Under the pieces are notes generated by a model. That model did no database searches and had not been told where the DNA came from. It worked only from the letters and a program-made list of their open reading frames with translations. Of a DNA stretch of 58,936 bases, positions 10,005 to 22,202 are shown piece after piece. The translations under genes were made by a program, and so were the position numbers. Positions within the stretch are counted from its first letter, which is position 1, and each line of letters opens with the position of its first letter. The stretch is from assembly GCA_039630415.1 (NCBI GenBank), contig JBCNVB010000004.1, positions 1 to 58,936 on the forward strand, given 5' to 3'. This DNA is from a bacterium. GTDB lineage: Bacteria > DRYD01.

Positions 10005-11028
10005 CGTAATATAGATCTCTTTCTAATTTGTACTCCCTATCTGGATCAAATAAAGGATTTGGTTTGTCTACTAGTTCTAGTCTGTGAAAAGCTGAGTTAT
10101 ACCAAGGTTTATCTGGCTTAGCTAAATTCAAACCTAACTCAGTGAAAACCCTGTAACCTTTGGAAACTATATCATCCGGGTTCAACTCATAAAGTTGGAA
10201 CTTATCTAGTATATCGGTAATAACGAAATTCATCTCATAAAGATTTTTATGTATTTTATACCACTTCTTATATGAAGCTTCTAAATGTGTTAAACCAAAG
10301 TAAGCAACTCCATTTTCCTTCAGCATCGAAGAACCTCTGGAAATGAAAAGACTAATACCTTGTATAGTTTCAACAGGATCTGTCAAGAAAACATCAAAGC
10401 TATTTCTTAAATTTTTATCTACCTTCCACTCAACGTTATAGCATACTGCTTCAACATTAGACAAGCTAAGATCTTTGCATTTTTGATTTATATAATCCAC
10501 TATTCTTGTGTCTGCTTCCAATACTAGAACTCTCTTTGGTAATTTGGCCATTCCTAGAGCTATTGAGGTTAAATCATCGTCACCTATTAGAACTATGTCT
10601 TTATTTTCCAAGTCGCCCTTGTAATACATAAAAGTTATTCTACTTATGACGGTGTCTAAATTGACTACTCCTTGATCATATTCTGGTATTGCTTTGGGTC
10701 TATCTACTATTTTTTCTGAAAAGTCTTTCAGAAGTTTTGAAAATATCTTTATCTCTAATCCTTTACCATTACAATTTGCACATCTAACACTTGTATACTT
10801 TAGTTTAAGTAGGTTTTGTACTAGTTCAGTTCCTTTATCAGTCAGATAAAACTTATTCTGATTATAGCTTATTAGATTGTTTTTCATCAGATTTTTAATC
10901 GAATCAATAGTATTTTTTGCTGTATCAAATGATTCTAGTAGTATATCCCAGTATGTTTTGGGTTCTTGCGATAGCATTCTTAGGATTATATACTCTGTTT
11001 TGTTTTGATTTAGTATATCGGCTTTCAT
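9976..11028 (-). CDS. bpsA: Branched-chain polyamine synthase (N4-bis(aminopropyl)spermidine synthase)
   Basis: CxxCxGKG, RPKAIPEYDQG, GDDDLTSIAL, FLTDPVET signature of the DUF43/BpsA family. Confidence 0.92.
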   Translation of the reverse strand: MKADILNQNKTEYIILRMLSQEPKTYWDILLESFDTAKNTIDSIKNLMKNNLISYNQNKFYLTDKGTELVQNLLKLKYTSVRCANCNGKGLEIKIFSKLLKDFSEKIVDRPKAIPEYDQGVVNLDTVISRITFMYYKGDLENKDIVLIGDDDLTSIALGMAKLPKRVLVLEADTRIVDYINQKCKDLSLSNVEAVCYNVEWKVDKNLRNSFDVFLTDPVETIQGISLFISRGSSMLKENGVAYFGLTHLEASYKKWYKIHKNLYEMNFVITDILDKFQLYELNPDDIVSKGYRVFTELGLNLAKPDKPWYNSAFHRLELVDKPNPLFDPDREYKLERDLYYDEEAYVTLY

Positions 11029-11033
11029 GAATA

Positions 11034-12005
<972 letters not shown>

Positions 12006-13820
12006 CTATATTCCAGCTATACACACTATTCTTTCTTGGTCGAGATTTATTGCATCTATAACTGACTTAAATACTTCTTCTCTAGAAAAAGCTCTTCCAT
12101 TCCATTTGAGTATTCTTTTGTTTATAAGTATTCCCGTTTCTTTTCTTATCAGATTTGCTAACTGACCAGAGTAATTGGATTCTATTGATATGAGCATTTT
12201 AGCTTTTTTAAGAATAGGTAGTATTTCTTTAGCTGGAAATGGTTTAAGAAGTATTATTTGTAAGAAGTTGGTTTTATAGTATTTGTTTATCTCTTGTAAT
12301 GAATCTAGTACTGGTCCTTTAACAGAACCCCAGCCTACTATAGTGTACTCTGCGTCTTCTGGACCATAAAGTTTGTATTTTAGGTTATCTGGTAATTCTT
12401 CTAATATTTTGTTGATTTTTCTCATTCTTTTATCGAACATTTGAGTTCTGTTGTTAGATTCTTCACATATGTGCCCTAGTTCATCGTGTTCATCACCGGT
12501 ATTCCAGAAAGCTCCTTGCCCTAAAACTATTCTTGGAGATATTCCGTCTTCCACAAACTTAAATCTTTTGTATTTACCCTCTTTCTGTATGATTTGTTCT
12601 AATTCTTGATCTGATAGTAGTTTACCCCTATCTATTTTGATTTTGGATATATCGAATTTAGGTACTGTTTGTATGCTGTTAGCTATTGATTTGTCTGATA
12701 GAAATACGACGGGTAGTTGGTATTTTTCTGCTAGGTTAAAGGATTCTGCAGCCAAATAAAAGCTTTCTTCTATATCACCTGGGCTTATTACAATTCTTGG
12801 GAATTCTGAGTGTCCTGCATGCATACTAAATTCAAGGTCTCCTTGTTCATGTCTTGTTGGTAGCCCGGTTGAAGGTCCTCCTCGTTGGTAGTTAAATATC
12901 ACAACGGGTACTTCGTTAATACCTGCCCAACCTTGAGCTTCTGCCATTAAGCTAAATCCAGGACCTGAAGTAGAGGTAGCACTTCTAACGCCTGTTAGTG
13001 CCGCTCCGATTGCCATACATACTGCTGCTATCTCATCTTCGGTTTGCACAACCAAAACTCCGTATTCAGGATGTGCTTCTAGATATTCACTTTCATCACT
13101 TGCAGGAGTTATTGGATAGTATGTTTGAAATCTACAACCTCCTGCTATTTTACCTATGGCTGTTGCTGTTGTTCCTGAAGTAAGAACTAGTTCTTGTTTG
13201 TTGTCTATTGGTTTTAGCTCATAAATGGATTTCTTATCGTACTCATTATTTTTTATGTATTCATATGCTAGTTGAGCTGCAAAGAGATTTATATCCAATA
13301 ATTTGGCTCTTCGTCCTACAAAGATTGTTTCTAAAGTTCTCTTTAGATACTCTAAATCAAGATTAAGTATTGCTAATGAAGCAGCAACAGTTATAACGTT
13401 TCTCATTATTTGTAGTTTAGAAAAATCTTTTTCTCTTTGATACTTAATAGCAGCTTCTTTTATTATTTGATTAAACGGTACGGGAACTAGGAGAAATTTG
13501 TTGTTATCTATTTCGAAATTTATTTCCTTGTCGTAAATGATAACTCCATTCGGGACCACGTTATCTTTATGTAGTAGAAGTGTTTCTTTTTCAAAGGTTG
13601 CTAAGATATCTATGTTATCTGAGTGTGAACGTATAGGTGTATCTGATATGCATACTGGGTAGTAGCTATGAGCACCTTTTATATTTGAATGATATTCTCT
13701 TTTCCCGTATACATATAATCCTATTGAGCTACAGGTTCTTGCGAATGTGATTGCTGAGGAATCTACTCCACTACCTTGTGGACCACCTATTAACCAATTC
13801 AGATTATTTATTTTCTTCAT
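12006..13820 (-). CDS. korA: 2-oxoacid:ferredoxin oxidoreductase alpha subunit (fused gamma-alpha)
   Basis: GGPQGSGV, YYPITPAS, EDEIAA, TSGPGFSLM, QRGGPSTGLPT. Confidence 0.93.
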   Translation of the reverse strand: MKKINNLNWLIGGPQGSGVDSSAITFARTCSSIGLYVYGKREYHSNIKGAHSYYPVCISDTPIRSHSDNIDILATFEKETLLLHKDNVVPNGVIIYDKEINFEIDNNKFLLVPVPFNQIIKEAAIKYQREKDFSKLQIMRNVITVAASLAILNLDLEYLKRTLETIFVGRRAKLLDINLFAAQLAYEYIKNNEYDKKSIYELKPIDNKQELVLTSGTTATAIGKIAGGCRFQTYYPITPASDESEYLEAHPEYGVLVVQTEDEIAAVCMAIGAALTGVRSATSTSGPGFSLMAEAQGWAGINEVPVVIFNYQRGGPSTGLPTRHEQGDLEFSMHAGHSEFPRIVISPGDIEESFYLAAESFNLAEKYQLPVVFLSDKSIANSIQTVPKFDISKIKIDRGKLLSDQELEQIIQKEGKYKRFKFVEDGISPRIVLGQGAFWNTGDEHDELGHICEESNNRTQMFDKRMRKINKILEELPDNLKYKLYGPEDAEYTIVGWGSVKGPVLDSLQEINKYYKTNFLQIILLKPFPAKEILPILKKAKMLISIESNYSGQLANLIRKETGILINKRILKWNGRAFSREEVFKSVIDAINLDQERIVCIAGI

Positions 13821-13947
13821 GGTAATTCTCCTTTCTTTATACTTAGTGAGCTATTCAAAAGAATTTACTGCACTTCCATATAGAATTAGACATACTCTTC
13901 TAAAACCCTTTATTCTTATTGAATATTGAACTAAGCGGGATAGTTTG

Positions 13948-14802
13948 CTAGACAATGAAATAAATGAAAGTGGAAATGAAGATAGAGAAAATGAGGCTAT
14001 CCAGTCTATCGAGAACTCCTCCATGACCAAGTATAATTTTACCCGATTCTTTAACATTCGATACTCTCTTTATTAACGACTCAAAAAGATCTCCAAAAGG
14101 ACAAAGTAAAGAAATGCAAGCAATCATGAGTAATATTTTGTAGTTACCTAATTCATATATGTGTAAATACTGTGCTACAAGTATTCCTGAAATTATACCT
14201 CCCAAAACTCCACCTATGTAGCCTTCTAAGGTTTTATTGGGACTTATATTTGTAAAGAACTCTTTTTTACCAATGATTTTTCCAGTAAAGTAAGCAAAAA
14301 TATCGTGAAAATAATTACTAACAACTACCAAGAGGAATAGTAAACCATTTTTTATCTGGAAAAGTATGATAGATAAAGCTAATGAGGAAATAAAATAGAA
14401 ATACAGAAAAAATTCGAAAACAATTCTATCTAAAATCTGTTTATTTGTATAACTTGATGAGATCAAAATATTCTTGATCATAATAATAACAGCAATGAAA
14501 ATTATTCCCATAACATATGGAAAAAGAATCTGTAGGTTTAGGTAGGACAAATTGGAAATCAAAGGATAATCTTTAAGGTGTGTTATTACTAATATGTCCA
14601 ACCACGCTGTAATAGCTATCCACAACAAAGTATCAACGTATTCTTTAAACATTTTTTTTAATTCAAATATAGACAAGATTTGAAAAATTATTACGATAAA
14701 GTAGAAGAGAGGCTTATACTGGAAAACTGAAAATAGGAATACCAATCCCAAAAATAAACCTGATAAGATTCTCAATGTAAATTTTTTGGGATCTTTTATC
14801 AT
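13948..14802 (-). CDS. cdsA: Phosphatidate cytidylyltransferase
   Basis: Multi-TM; DIFAYFTG, ISPNKTLEG, GDLFESLIKR, GHGGVLDRLDS. Confidence 0.95.
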   Translation of the reverse strand: MIKDPKKFTLRILSGLFLGLVFLFSVFQYKPLFYFIVIIFQILSIFELKKMFKEYVDTLLWIAITAWLDILVITHLKDYPLISNLSYLNLQILFPYVMGIIFIAVIIMIKNILISSSYTNKQILDRIVFEFFLYFYFISSLALSIILFQIKNGLLFLLVVVSNYFHDIFAYFTGKIIGKKEFFTNISPNKTLEGYIGGVLGGIISGILVAQYLHIYELGNYKILLMIACISLLCPFGDLFESLIKRVSNVKESGKIILGHGGVLDRLDSLIFSIFISTFIYFIV

Positions 14803-14811
14803 TAGAGGGAC

Positions 14812-16269
14812 TTATAATTCCTCATGTTTAGGTAGCATAGCTGGGAATAAGATTATTTCCCTTATAGAGATTTGATTGGTAAGGATCATTACTATTCTAT
14901 CTATACCAAAACCAAGCCCTCCTGTAGGTGGTAAGCCATATTTTAGAGCTGTTAGATAATCTTCATCATATTCGTGAGCTTCTTCTTCTCCTTTTTCTTT
15001 GAGAGCTTTTTGTTGTATGAATCTTCTTTCTTGTTCATATGGATCATTCAGTTCACTAAATGCATTGGCTATCTCAAAGTTAGCTACGAATAATTCGAAT
15101 CTTTCCACGTACATTGGGTTATCTGGTTTAGATATAGCCAGGGGAGAAATTTCAACAGGATAATCCAAAACAAAAGTTGGATTTACTAGTTCTTTTTTAA
15201 CTAATTCATCAAAAGCCTTATCTATTACATGACTAACTACTTGGTTTGTAATGTGTAATTCTTTGCATATTTTTTCCAAATAATCTTTGTCTGACCTTAT
15301 TTTCTCTATGTCTACACCTTTTTTGTATAACTCTTCGGGGAAAGATACTTTTTTGAAAGGTTTTGAGAAGTTTATTTTTGTACCTTGATATTCTATTTCA
15401 AATGTATTGTGGATGTGGTAGACTAATTTGCTTATTATATCTTCTGTTAGGTTTATCATATCTGACAGATCTGCATATGCTTGATAAAGTTCCAATATTG
15501 TAAACTCCGGATTATGTTTAGTTGATATTCCTTCATTCCTAAATACTTTACCTATTTCATATACCTTTTCAAAGTTACCGACGATTAATCTCTTCAAATA
15601 TAGTTCGGGAGCTACTCTCAGGAACATCTCTGTACCTAGAGCATTATGAAAGGTTTTAAACGGTCTAGCTAAAGCTCCTGTAGGTATTATGTTTAGCATT
15701 GGAGTTTCTACTTCCATAAAACCTAGACTATCCAAATAATTTCTGAAGAACTTTATTATTTTGTTCCTGAGTATAAAATTCTTCTTTACTTGAGGATTTA
15801 CAAAAAGGTCAACGTATCTATGTCTATATCTTATTTCTGGATTTTTTAAGCCATGCCATTTTTCAGGTAATTCAAGTAAACACTTTGCTAAGAAATCATA
15901 GTCTTTTAAATGTATAGTTAATTCACCAGTTTTTGTCCTGAATAGAAATCCTTCCACCATAATCCAGTCGCCGTTGTCTATATTATCTTTGAATATGTCA
16001 AACTTTTCATTTAGTTCATCTTTTTTTAAGTATATCTGTATTTTTTCTTGCTGTCCAAGGAGATCAGCAAATATACTTTTTCCATGGTGTCTGGTATTCA
16101 GTATTCTACCTCCTACTATAAAATTATCACCCGGTAAATTTTCTTGATCTTTGTATAGTCTCTTTAGTTCATCTACAGTAGTATTAGGTCTTCTTTTGAG
16201 AGGATACCCAAATGGGTTAAAGCCGGATTTTCTGAGGTTATCCATGTGAATAATCCTGTAGTTATCCAT
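14812..16269 (-). CDS. lysS: Lysine--tRNA ligase (class II)
   Basis: OB-fold N-terminus, RVAPELYLKRL, FRNEG, HNPEFT, GLGFGIDR. Start placed at the ATG after a GGAGGTG Shine-Dalgarno. Confidence 0.97.
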   Translation of the reverse strand: MDNYRIIHMDNLRKSGFNPFGYPLKRRPNTTVDELKRLYKDQENLPGDNFIVGGRILNTRHHGKSIFADLLGQQEKIQIYLKKDELNEKFDIFKDNIDNGDWIMVEGFLFRTKTGELTIHLKDYDFLAKCLLELPEKWHGLKNPEIRYRHRYVDLFVNPQVKKNFILRNKIIKFFRNYLDSLGFMEVETPMLNIIPTGALARPFKTFHNALGTEMFLRVAPELYLKRLIVGNFEKVYEIGKVFRNEGISTKHNPEFTILELYQAYADLSDMINLTEDIISKLVYHIHNTFEIEYQGTKINFSKPFKKVSFPEELYKKGVDIEKIRSDKDYLEKICKELHITNQVVSHVIDKAFDELVKKELVNPTFVLDYPVEISPLAISKPDNPMYVERFELFVANFEIANAFSELNDPYEQERRFIQQKALKEKGEEEAHEYDEDYLTALKYGLPPTGGLGFGIDRIVMILTNQISIREIILFPAMLPKHEEL

Positions 16270-16405
16270 AAATATCTGAGCACCTCCGGGCTTAGAGTTG
16301 GTCAACATTATTATTTTTTATATAATTTCTTTGGATTACCTTTCTAAAATTAACTCAAATTAGAGGAGTTGCATAGAAAAATACTTAAATACGAACTATA
16401 GACTT

Positions 16406-17155
16406 ATGATACTCCGAACAGGTTTCTTTTGTTCCACATCGGATAATACCCTAAACACGAACAGAAAATTAAGGCTGGAAAGCTTAAATTATGATAATGT
16501 CCTTAAAACTTTTACCAAAAATTTAATAGATCTAAAACTATTGCTAGAATACTCTCATAAAATTGGATTTGATGTATTTAGAATAGGTAGTAATTTCATT
16601 CCATAACTCACCCAATCAAAAAGTAGTAGAACAGTCTATTAGGGAGTTGGAGTATCATACTTTCATTCTTGACACTTTGGAAACAGATTTAAATTCCATA
16701 ATAATAATCCATGTTGGTGGAGTATATGAAAATAAGCAAAAGGCTATTGAAAGATTTATAAGTACGATTGAAAAATATCCAGGTATAAAGAAAAGATTAA
16801 CAATTGAAAATGATGATAAGTTATATTCGGTTAGGGATGTTTTGGAAATATCCAAGCAAATTAAAATTCCAGTAGTTTTTGATTACTATCATCATTTATT
16901 AAACTTTTCAGAATTTGACTTGTATGAGCTGATTAATACATGGAAGGGTAGAATTCCTAAGTTCCATATATCCAGCCAAGGAGAAAAAAATACCAACATT
17001 CGCAATATCTGGATAAACAAGATTTTGTACAATTCATAGAATTTTTATCTCCTTTATCAAGTAGTGATATAGTTATAGACATAATGCCGGAAGTTAAGAT
17101 GAAAGAAAAATCCTCTATAATGGTATTGAATTGGATCAGGGAATGTAAGATATAA
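16406..17155 (+). pseudogene. uvsE: UV damage endonuclease UvsE pseudogene
   Basis: Fragments carry FRIGSNFIP, NSPNQKVVEQSIRELEYH, IHVGGVY, IENDD, VFDYYHH, PKFHISSQ, DIMPEVKMKE. Internal deletion with stop at about 16604 and a frameshift at the A-run 16984-16990. Confidence 0.85.
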
Positions 17156-17283
17156 GTCATATAAACATGTTAAAAAAAAGTAAAATATTTTTGTTGAAAT
17201 GTCTAGGTAGTTTTATCGTATTTATAAATACCTAGGAAATTACCAGAATTTTGGTAAAAATAATTAAGAGGAGGTGTAACAAG

Positions 17284-18372
17284 ATGGGTGATGATTCTGA
17301 TAAAACTGAAGAGCCGACGGAGCATAAACTGCAAGAAGCTAGAAAAAAGGGACAAGTTTTAAAAAGTCAAGACGTTGTAATGTTTGTAGTAATGGTTGGA
17401 TCTTTTGCTGTTTTGATAGCCTATTCAAAAACAATTGCTCTTAAGGTAGTGGAATTCAGCAAAGATATATACCTGGGAGAATTTTTCAGGAATGCTGTAA
17501 ATAGTGATAATTTAATAGCCTTTCTAACAGGTGCTTTTATTAAGTCTTTGATACTTTTCGCAATAGCAGTTTTACCAATTGCTATGATAGCCTTATTGGC
17601 TGGTATTATAGGTAATTTAGCTCAAATCGGGTTCCTATTTACCTTTGAACCTCTATCTCCAAAATTTAGTAAAATAAACCCAGTAGATGGGTTTAAAAGA
17701 ATATTTTCCAAAAAATCTCTAGTAGAACTATTGAAAAATGTACTAAAAATAGGTACGATATCTATTCTGGTTTATATGCTTATAAAGTCAAATATAAAGT
17801 TGTTTATGGACTTTCCAAGAACGTGGGACTTTATACCTTTTTTAAATGAGTTTAAGAAAATCATAGAGAAAATGATTTGGCAGGTTATAGGTGTATTTGT
17901 TTTACTCGCAGCTTTTGATTATTTTGTGCAAAAAAAATTTTTTATGAAAGATATGAAAATGTCATTTAAGGAATTAAAGGATGAATACAAGGAGTTAGAA
18001 GGTGATCCACACGTAAAGGCTAAAAGGAAGCAAATGGCAAGACAAATGGCTATGGGGGGAGGAATTGGAGGAGTCAAGGATGCTACGGCTGTAGTTACTA
18101 ACCCAGTTCATTACGCTGTAGCTTTAAAATATGAACATGGACAAATGCAAGCTCCCCAAGTAGTAGCTAAAGGAGAACGATATTTTGCCCAATTGATAAA
18201 AGAAATAGCTGAAAAATCTGAAATACCTATTGTAGAAAATGTAGAACTTGCCCAAATGCTTTACTCTAAATGCAAGGTAGGTGATTATATACCTGTAGAA
18301 CTGTATCAAGCTACTGCGGAAGTACTGGCTTTCGTATACAAAATGAAAAAAAAGAAAAAACTTGTTCGATGA
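17284..18372 (+). CDS. flhB: Flagellar/type III export switch protein FlhB (SctU family)
   Basis: KTEEPTEHKLQEARKKGQV, EGDPHVK, TNPVHYAVAL, PQVVAKG. ATG at 17284 follows GAGGAGGTG. Confidence 0.93.
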   Translation: MGDDSDKTEEPTEHKLQEARKKGQVLKSQDVVMFVVMVGSFAVLIAYSKTIALKVVEFSKDIYLGEFFRNAVNSDNLIAFLTGAFIKSLILFAIAVLPIAMIALLAGIIGNLAQIGFLFTFEPLSPKFSKINPVDGFKRIFSKKSLVELLKNVLKIGTISILVYMLIKSNIKLFMDFPRTWDFIPFLNEFKKIIEKMIWQVIGVFVLLAAFDYFVQKKFFMKDMKMSFKELKDEYKELEGDPHVKAKRKQMARQMAMGGGIGGVKDATAVVTNPVHYAVALKYEHGQMQAPQVVAKGERYFAQLIKEIAEKSEIPIVENVELAQMLYSKCKVGDYIPVELYQATAEVLAFVYKMKKKKKLVR

Positions 18373-18418
18373 TAATAATGATTCTTATGGAAATAAAAAA
18401 ATTTAATGGAGGTAAGAA

Positions 18419-20563
18419 ATGTTAGGGGCAGGTCAAGCTATTAACATAGGGGGACAAAAAGTTCCTTTAGATGTGTTTATACCTGTATCAATACTATTGG
18501 CAGTTTTACTTATCATAGTTGAACTGCCGGCTTGGCTGGTAGACACTCTATTGATAACGGATATAATTGTTTCTATTCTGGTTATTTTGATGGCGGTATA
18601 TGTAAAAAGTCCTCTTGACTTTGCTGTATTCCCAACCTTAGTACTTGTTGAAACCATTTTTAGGTTAGGTTTAAATATAGCTGCTACTAGACTTATTTTA
18701 GCAAAGGGTCATATAAAAGATCCTCGAACGGGTGATCCTGTTGGAGCAGGTCATGTAATCCCAACTTTTGCTAAATTTGTAGCAGGTGGAAATCTGGTCA
18801 TAGGATTTGTTTTGTTCCTGATGATAGTTGTGGTTCAGTTTATTGTGATAACCCAGGGAGCAGAGAGAATTGCTCAGGTTGCTGCAAGATTCACCTTAGA
18901 CGCAATGCCTGGTAAGCAAATGGCAATAGACGGGGAACTACATGCAGGTCTTATCACACCTGAAGAAGCAAGAAGGAGAAGAAAAGAAATAGAAAGAGAA
19001 ACAGACTTTTACGGAGCTATGGACGGTGTCGGTAAATTCGTTAAGGGTGACACAATAGCCAATATTATCATCCTTGCTATTAGTATCATTGGTGGAATAC
19101 TCATGGGATTCACTTATTTTAGAAGTTACTTTGAAGGTGGAATTGTAGATATACTTCAAACTTATACAATTCTTACTATAGGAAACGGTTTGGTATCTAT
19201 ATTACCTTCTTTCTTAGTATCTACTGCAATGGGTATAATAGTATCTAGAGCAGCTTCTGAATCGAATCTAGGTGAAGATGTAATAAGCCAATTAACTGGT
19301 CAACCTAGAGCTTTGCAAATAGCTGCAGGATCTGCAGCTTTTCTAGCATTATTATCTCTAATGGGAATGGGGTTACCAGTTTTGCCTTTATTAGGATTTG
19401 CGGCATTATTCTTCATCTTATCCATGAAAGCTAAACAACAAGAGGTTCAACAACAAATTGTAAAAGAAGAAGCCAAGAAAGAACAAAAGAAAGAGGAACA
19501 AAGAAAACCAGAAAGTGCTATGGTTTATACCACGGTAGAAACTATTTCTTTAGAGCTTGGAAGAATGCTGCTTGGGCTGGTAGATGAACAACAGGGCAAA
19601 AAATTAATGGAAAGAATACCCTCTGTTAGAATAAGTATAGCTAAAGAGATGGGAATAGTTATACCTGGAATCTTAATAAACGATAATATGGATTTAAAGC
19701 CAAATTCATACGTTGTAAAAATAAAGGGAGTAAAAGTTGGTCAGGGAGAGGCATATATAAATAAGTTCTTAGCAATAGGGCCAGAAAATGTTGTAAGACA
19801 GCTAAATGGTAATCTAACAGTAGAACCAGCTTTTGGAATGCCAGCTGTTTGGATAGACCCTCAAGATAAACCCCAAGCTGAAAGACTGGGATGTATGTTA
19901 TTTGATGCTGTATCTGTAATAAGTTCACACATAACCGAGATAATAAAAAATAACGCAGCTGATATTTTGGGTAGGCAAGAAACCAGCATTCTGGTAGAAA
20001 ATCTCAAGAAAACTCACCCTGCGGTAGTAAAGGATGTAATACCTGAGCAGATAAGTCTGGGAGAATTACAAAGAGTCTTACAAAATCTATTAAAGGAAAA
20101 GGTACCTGTGAGAGACTTAGTAACGATCATAGAATCTTTGAGTGATGCTGTAAGATATACTAGAGATATAGCTGAGTTAACAGAATTTGTAAGAATTGGA
20201 TTATCAAATTCTATTTCATATATGTTATCCAAGGATGGGGTTATATATGCTGCAGCTTTAGATCCCAATCTAGAGCAATTAATTCTTGGTAGCCTACAGA
20301 AAAATGAGTTTGGTACATTCCCTGTTCTGGATCCTAATGTTAGTCAAGCTTTACTTATGTCAGTAGCAGAATTTATGAGATTTGCTACTAATAATGGATA
20401 CCAGCCAATTATCATTACTTCTCCAACCGTAAGAAGACATTTCAGAAAAATAATTGAAAGAAACTTTGGTCAGATATTCGTAGCATCATTTGCAGAAATA
20501 GCTACTAACTACCAAATCAAGAATATCTATGTTATCAAAGTAGAAATTCCTACACAAGTATGA
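18419..20563 (+). CDS. flhA: Flagellar/type III export gate protein FlhA (SctV family)
   Basis: ARFTLDAMPGKQMAID, FYGAMDG..KFVKGD, 714 aa. Confidence 0.95.
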   Translation: MLGAGQAINIGGQKVPLDVFIPVSILLAVLLIIVELPAWLVDTLLITDIIVSILVILMAVYVKSPLDFAVFPTLVLVETIFRLGLNIAATRLILAKGHIKDPRTGDPVGAGHVIPTFAKFVAGGNLVIGFVLFLMIVVVQFIVITQGAERIAQVAARFTLDAMPGKQMAIDGELHAGLITPEEARRRRKEIERETDFYGAMDGVGKFVKGDTIANIIILAISIIGGILMGFTYFRSYFEGGIVDILQTYTILTIGNGLVSILPSFLVSTAMGIIVSRAASESNLGEDVISQLTGQPRALQIAAGSAAFLALLSLMGMGLPVLPLLGFAALFFILSMKAKQQEVQQQIVKEEAKKEQKKEEQRKPESAMVYTTVETISLELGRMLLGLVDEQQGKKLMERIPSVRISIAKEMGIVIPGILINDNMDLKPNSYVVKIKGVKVGQGEAYINKFLAIGPENVVRQLNGNLTVEPAFGMPAVWIDPQDKPQAERLGCMLFDAVSVISSHITEIIKNNAADILGRQETSILVENLKKTHPAVVKDVIPEQISLGELQRVLQNLLKEKVPVRDLVTIIESLSDAVRYTRDIAELTEFVRIGLSNSISYMLSKDGVIYAAALDPNLEQLILGSLQKNEFGTFPVLDPNVSQALLMSVAEFMRFATNNGYQPIIITSPTVRRHFRKIIERNFGQIFVASFAEIATNYQIKNIYVIKVEIPTQV

Positions 20564-22200
20564 ATACCTACTTAATATATTTGTCAAATACAAATAAGCT
20601 ATCAAAGGAAGAATTACTAGGAAAAGTGGTAAATATTGAATTACTTAGACCACTGCTAATTAAAACAAATAAACGCGTAAAATTAAATTCTGACTTAATT
20701 TTGAATAAATCCAAATTTCTTGATAGGATATTGTCTGATCCTAAGAAGCAGTCATTTGTAATAAAAGACAAAAGTGTACTCGGAATAGATGATCAAGAGC
20801 TAACTAAAAGAATATCCTCGTTCAAAATAGTAAAGGATGATTTTATTTCTATTGAGAGGTTTGAAAATGAGCAAAGTCTACAAGAATCAATAGATAAAGT
20901 AGATTTGATGTATTTTTTTTTTAAATTAGGTATAACTTTTTACGAAAAATTCTGTAGTGAAGTAAAGGTTCATAATACTAATTGCTACGGGATTAAGCTA
21001 ATTCTGGATAATCTTGAGTACTGCATTACCTCAAGGAAATTTATAAATCAAATTGATTTCTATACTTTTGATGAAAAAGGTACTATAGAGAATGATGATG
21101 CTATAGGATTTGCTAAGCTCCAAAATGGATATGAAATTTATGTAGCAATAGCTGATTTATCTGAAGTATGGAATATTTATTTGGATAGATTAACTTTAGA
21201 ATTTCCCCAAAGTATATATACGATTGATTCTAAGTTTTATATGCTTCCCAGAGATTTTATAGAAATGCTTTCCCTAAGAGAAAATAGAAATCGACCTGCT
21301 TGGGTTTTCATTCTAAAGGTTGATAAAAATTTTGATATTAAAGATTACTATTTTGAACCAACCATAGTAAATGTGAGAAAAAATTTCACTTATTCTCAAG
21401 GTAATAAAATTCTGAAACAGAATGAATTCATGTATAAAATTGCATTTAATTTGCTAAAGAAAAGGTTAAATAACGGAGCTATATATTTTCAGGATATTGG
21501 AGGTATGAAGTTTATTATACAAGAACTTATGATTTTCATAAACTATGTTTGTGCCAAAATACTTCATAAGGATGGAATCCCTTACATATCTAGAACGATT
21601 ACTATACCGACAGAGCTAAAAAATGAACTAAAAAAATATGCAGGTAGAATATACGACTTAAGAGATAGGGACTCTAAAATTATGTTCTATAGGGTTCTCA
21701 ACTTGCTAAGCTATGCTAGGTATGATGTTGGAAATTACAGGCATGAAATACTAGGATTAGATAGGTATACTCATGTAACAAGCCCTCTTAGAAGATATGT
21801 TGATGTTATAAATCAAAAACAATTGATATCTTTTTACTATAACTTTGATGAATTTTTCACTTATGAAGAATTGAAAGATATATTGGGTATTATAAATCCT
21901 TTACTCCAAAGATATAATATTTGTACAAGAAACTATAATAAGGTGCAAAAGCTAATAAGTTATGTGGACAAGCTTTTAAATAGTAATTCTCAAGAAGTGC
22001 AGTTCCCTTACTATATACTTTGTGAAGATGTTTTCATTATCTTGGAAGAAATAAAGCAAGAAATAAATGTAGGTAAAGTCTTTTTTTTAAAGAATAGAAT
22101 AGTAAACCAAGATACGTTGATTTTAAGTAAGAACTATGTTATTGAAGTGATAATGAATGAAATAAGAAGGATAGAGAGGGAACTTGAGGGAGGTGAATAA
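20560..22200 (+). CDS. RNB-domain exoribonuclease (RNase II/R family)
   Basis: TFD....ENDDAIG, VAIAD, HEILGL..YTHVTSPLRRYVD. Confidence 0.85.
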   Translation: MNTYLIYLSNTNKLSKEELLGKVVNIELLRPLLIKTNKRVKLNSDLILNKSKFLDRILSDPKKQSFVIKDKSVLGIDDQELTKRISSFKIVKDDFISIERFENEQSLQESIDKVDLMYFFFKLGITFYEKFCSEVKVHNTNCYGIKLILDNLEYCITSRKFINQIDFYTFDEKGTIENDDAIGFAKLQNGYEIYVAIADLSEVWNIYLDRLTLEFPQSIYTIDSKFYMLPRDFIEMLSLRENRNRPAWVFILKVDKNFDIKDYYFEPTIVNVRKNFTYSQGNKILKQNEFMYKIAFNLLKKRLNNGAIYFQDIGGMKFIIQELMIFINYVCAKILHKDGIPYISRTITIPTELKNELKKYAGRIYDLRDRDSKIMFYRVLNLLSYARYDVGNYRHEILGLDRYTHVTSPLRRYVDVINQKQLISFYYNFDEFFTYEELKDILGIINPLLQRYNICTRNYNKVQKLISYVDKLLNSNSQEVQFPYYILCEDVFIILEEIKQEINVGKVFFLKNRIVNQDTLILSKNYVIEVIMNEIRRIERELEGGE

Positions 22201-22202
22201 CT

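Noticed and set aside
17203-17235. Inverted repeat CTAGGTA...TACCTAG upstream of flhB
   Set aside because: Imperfect, no U-tract; cannot assign it as terminator or operator.
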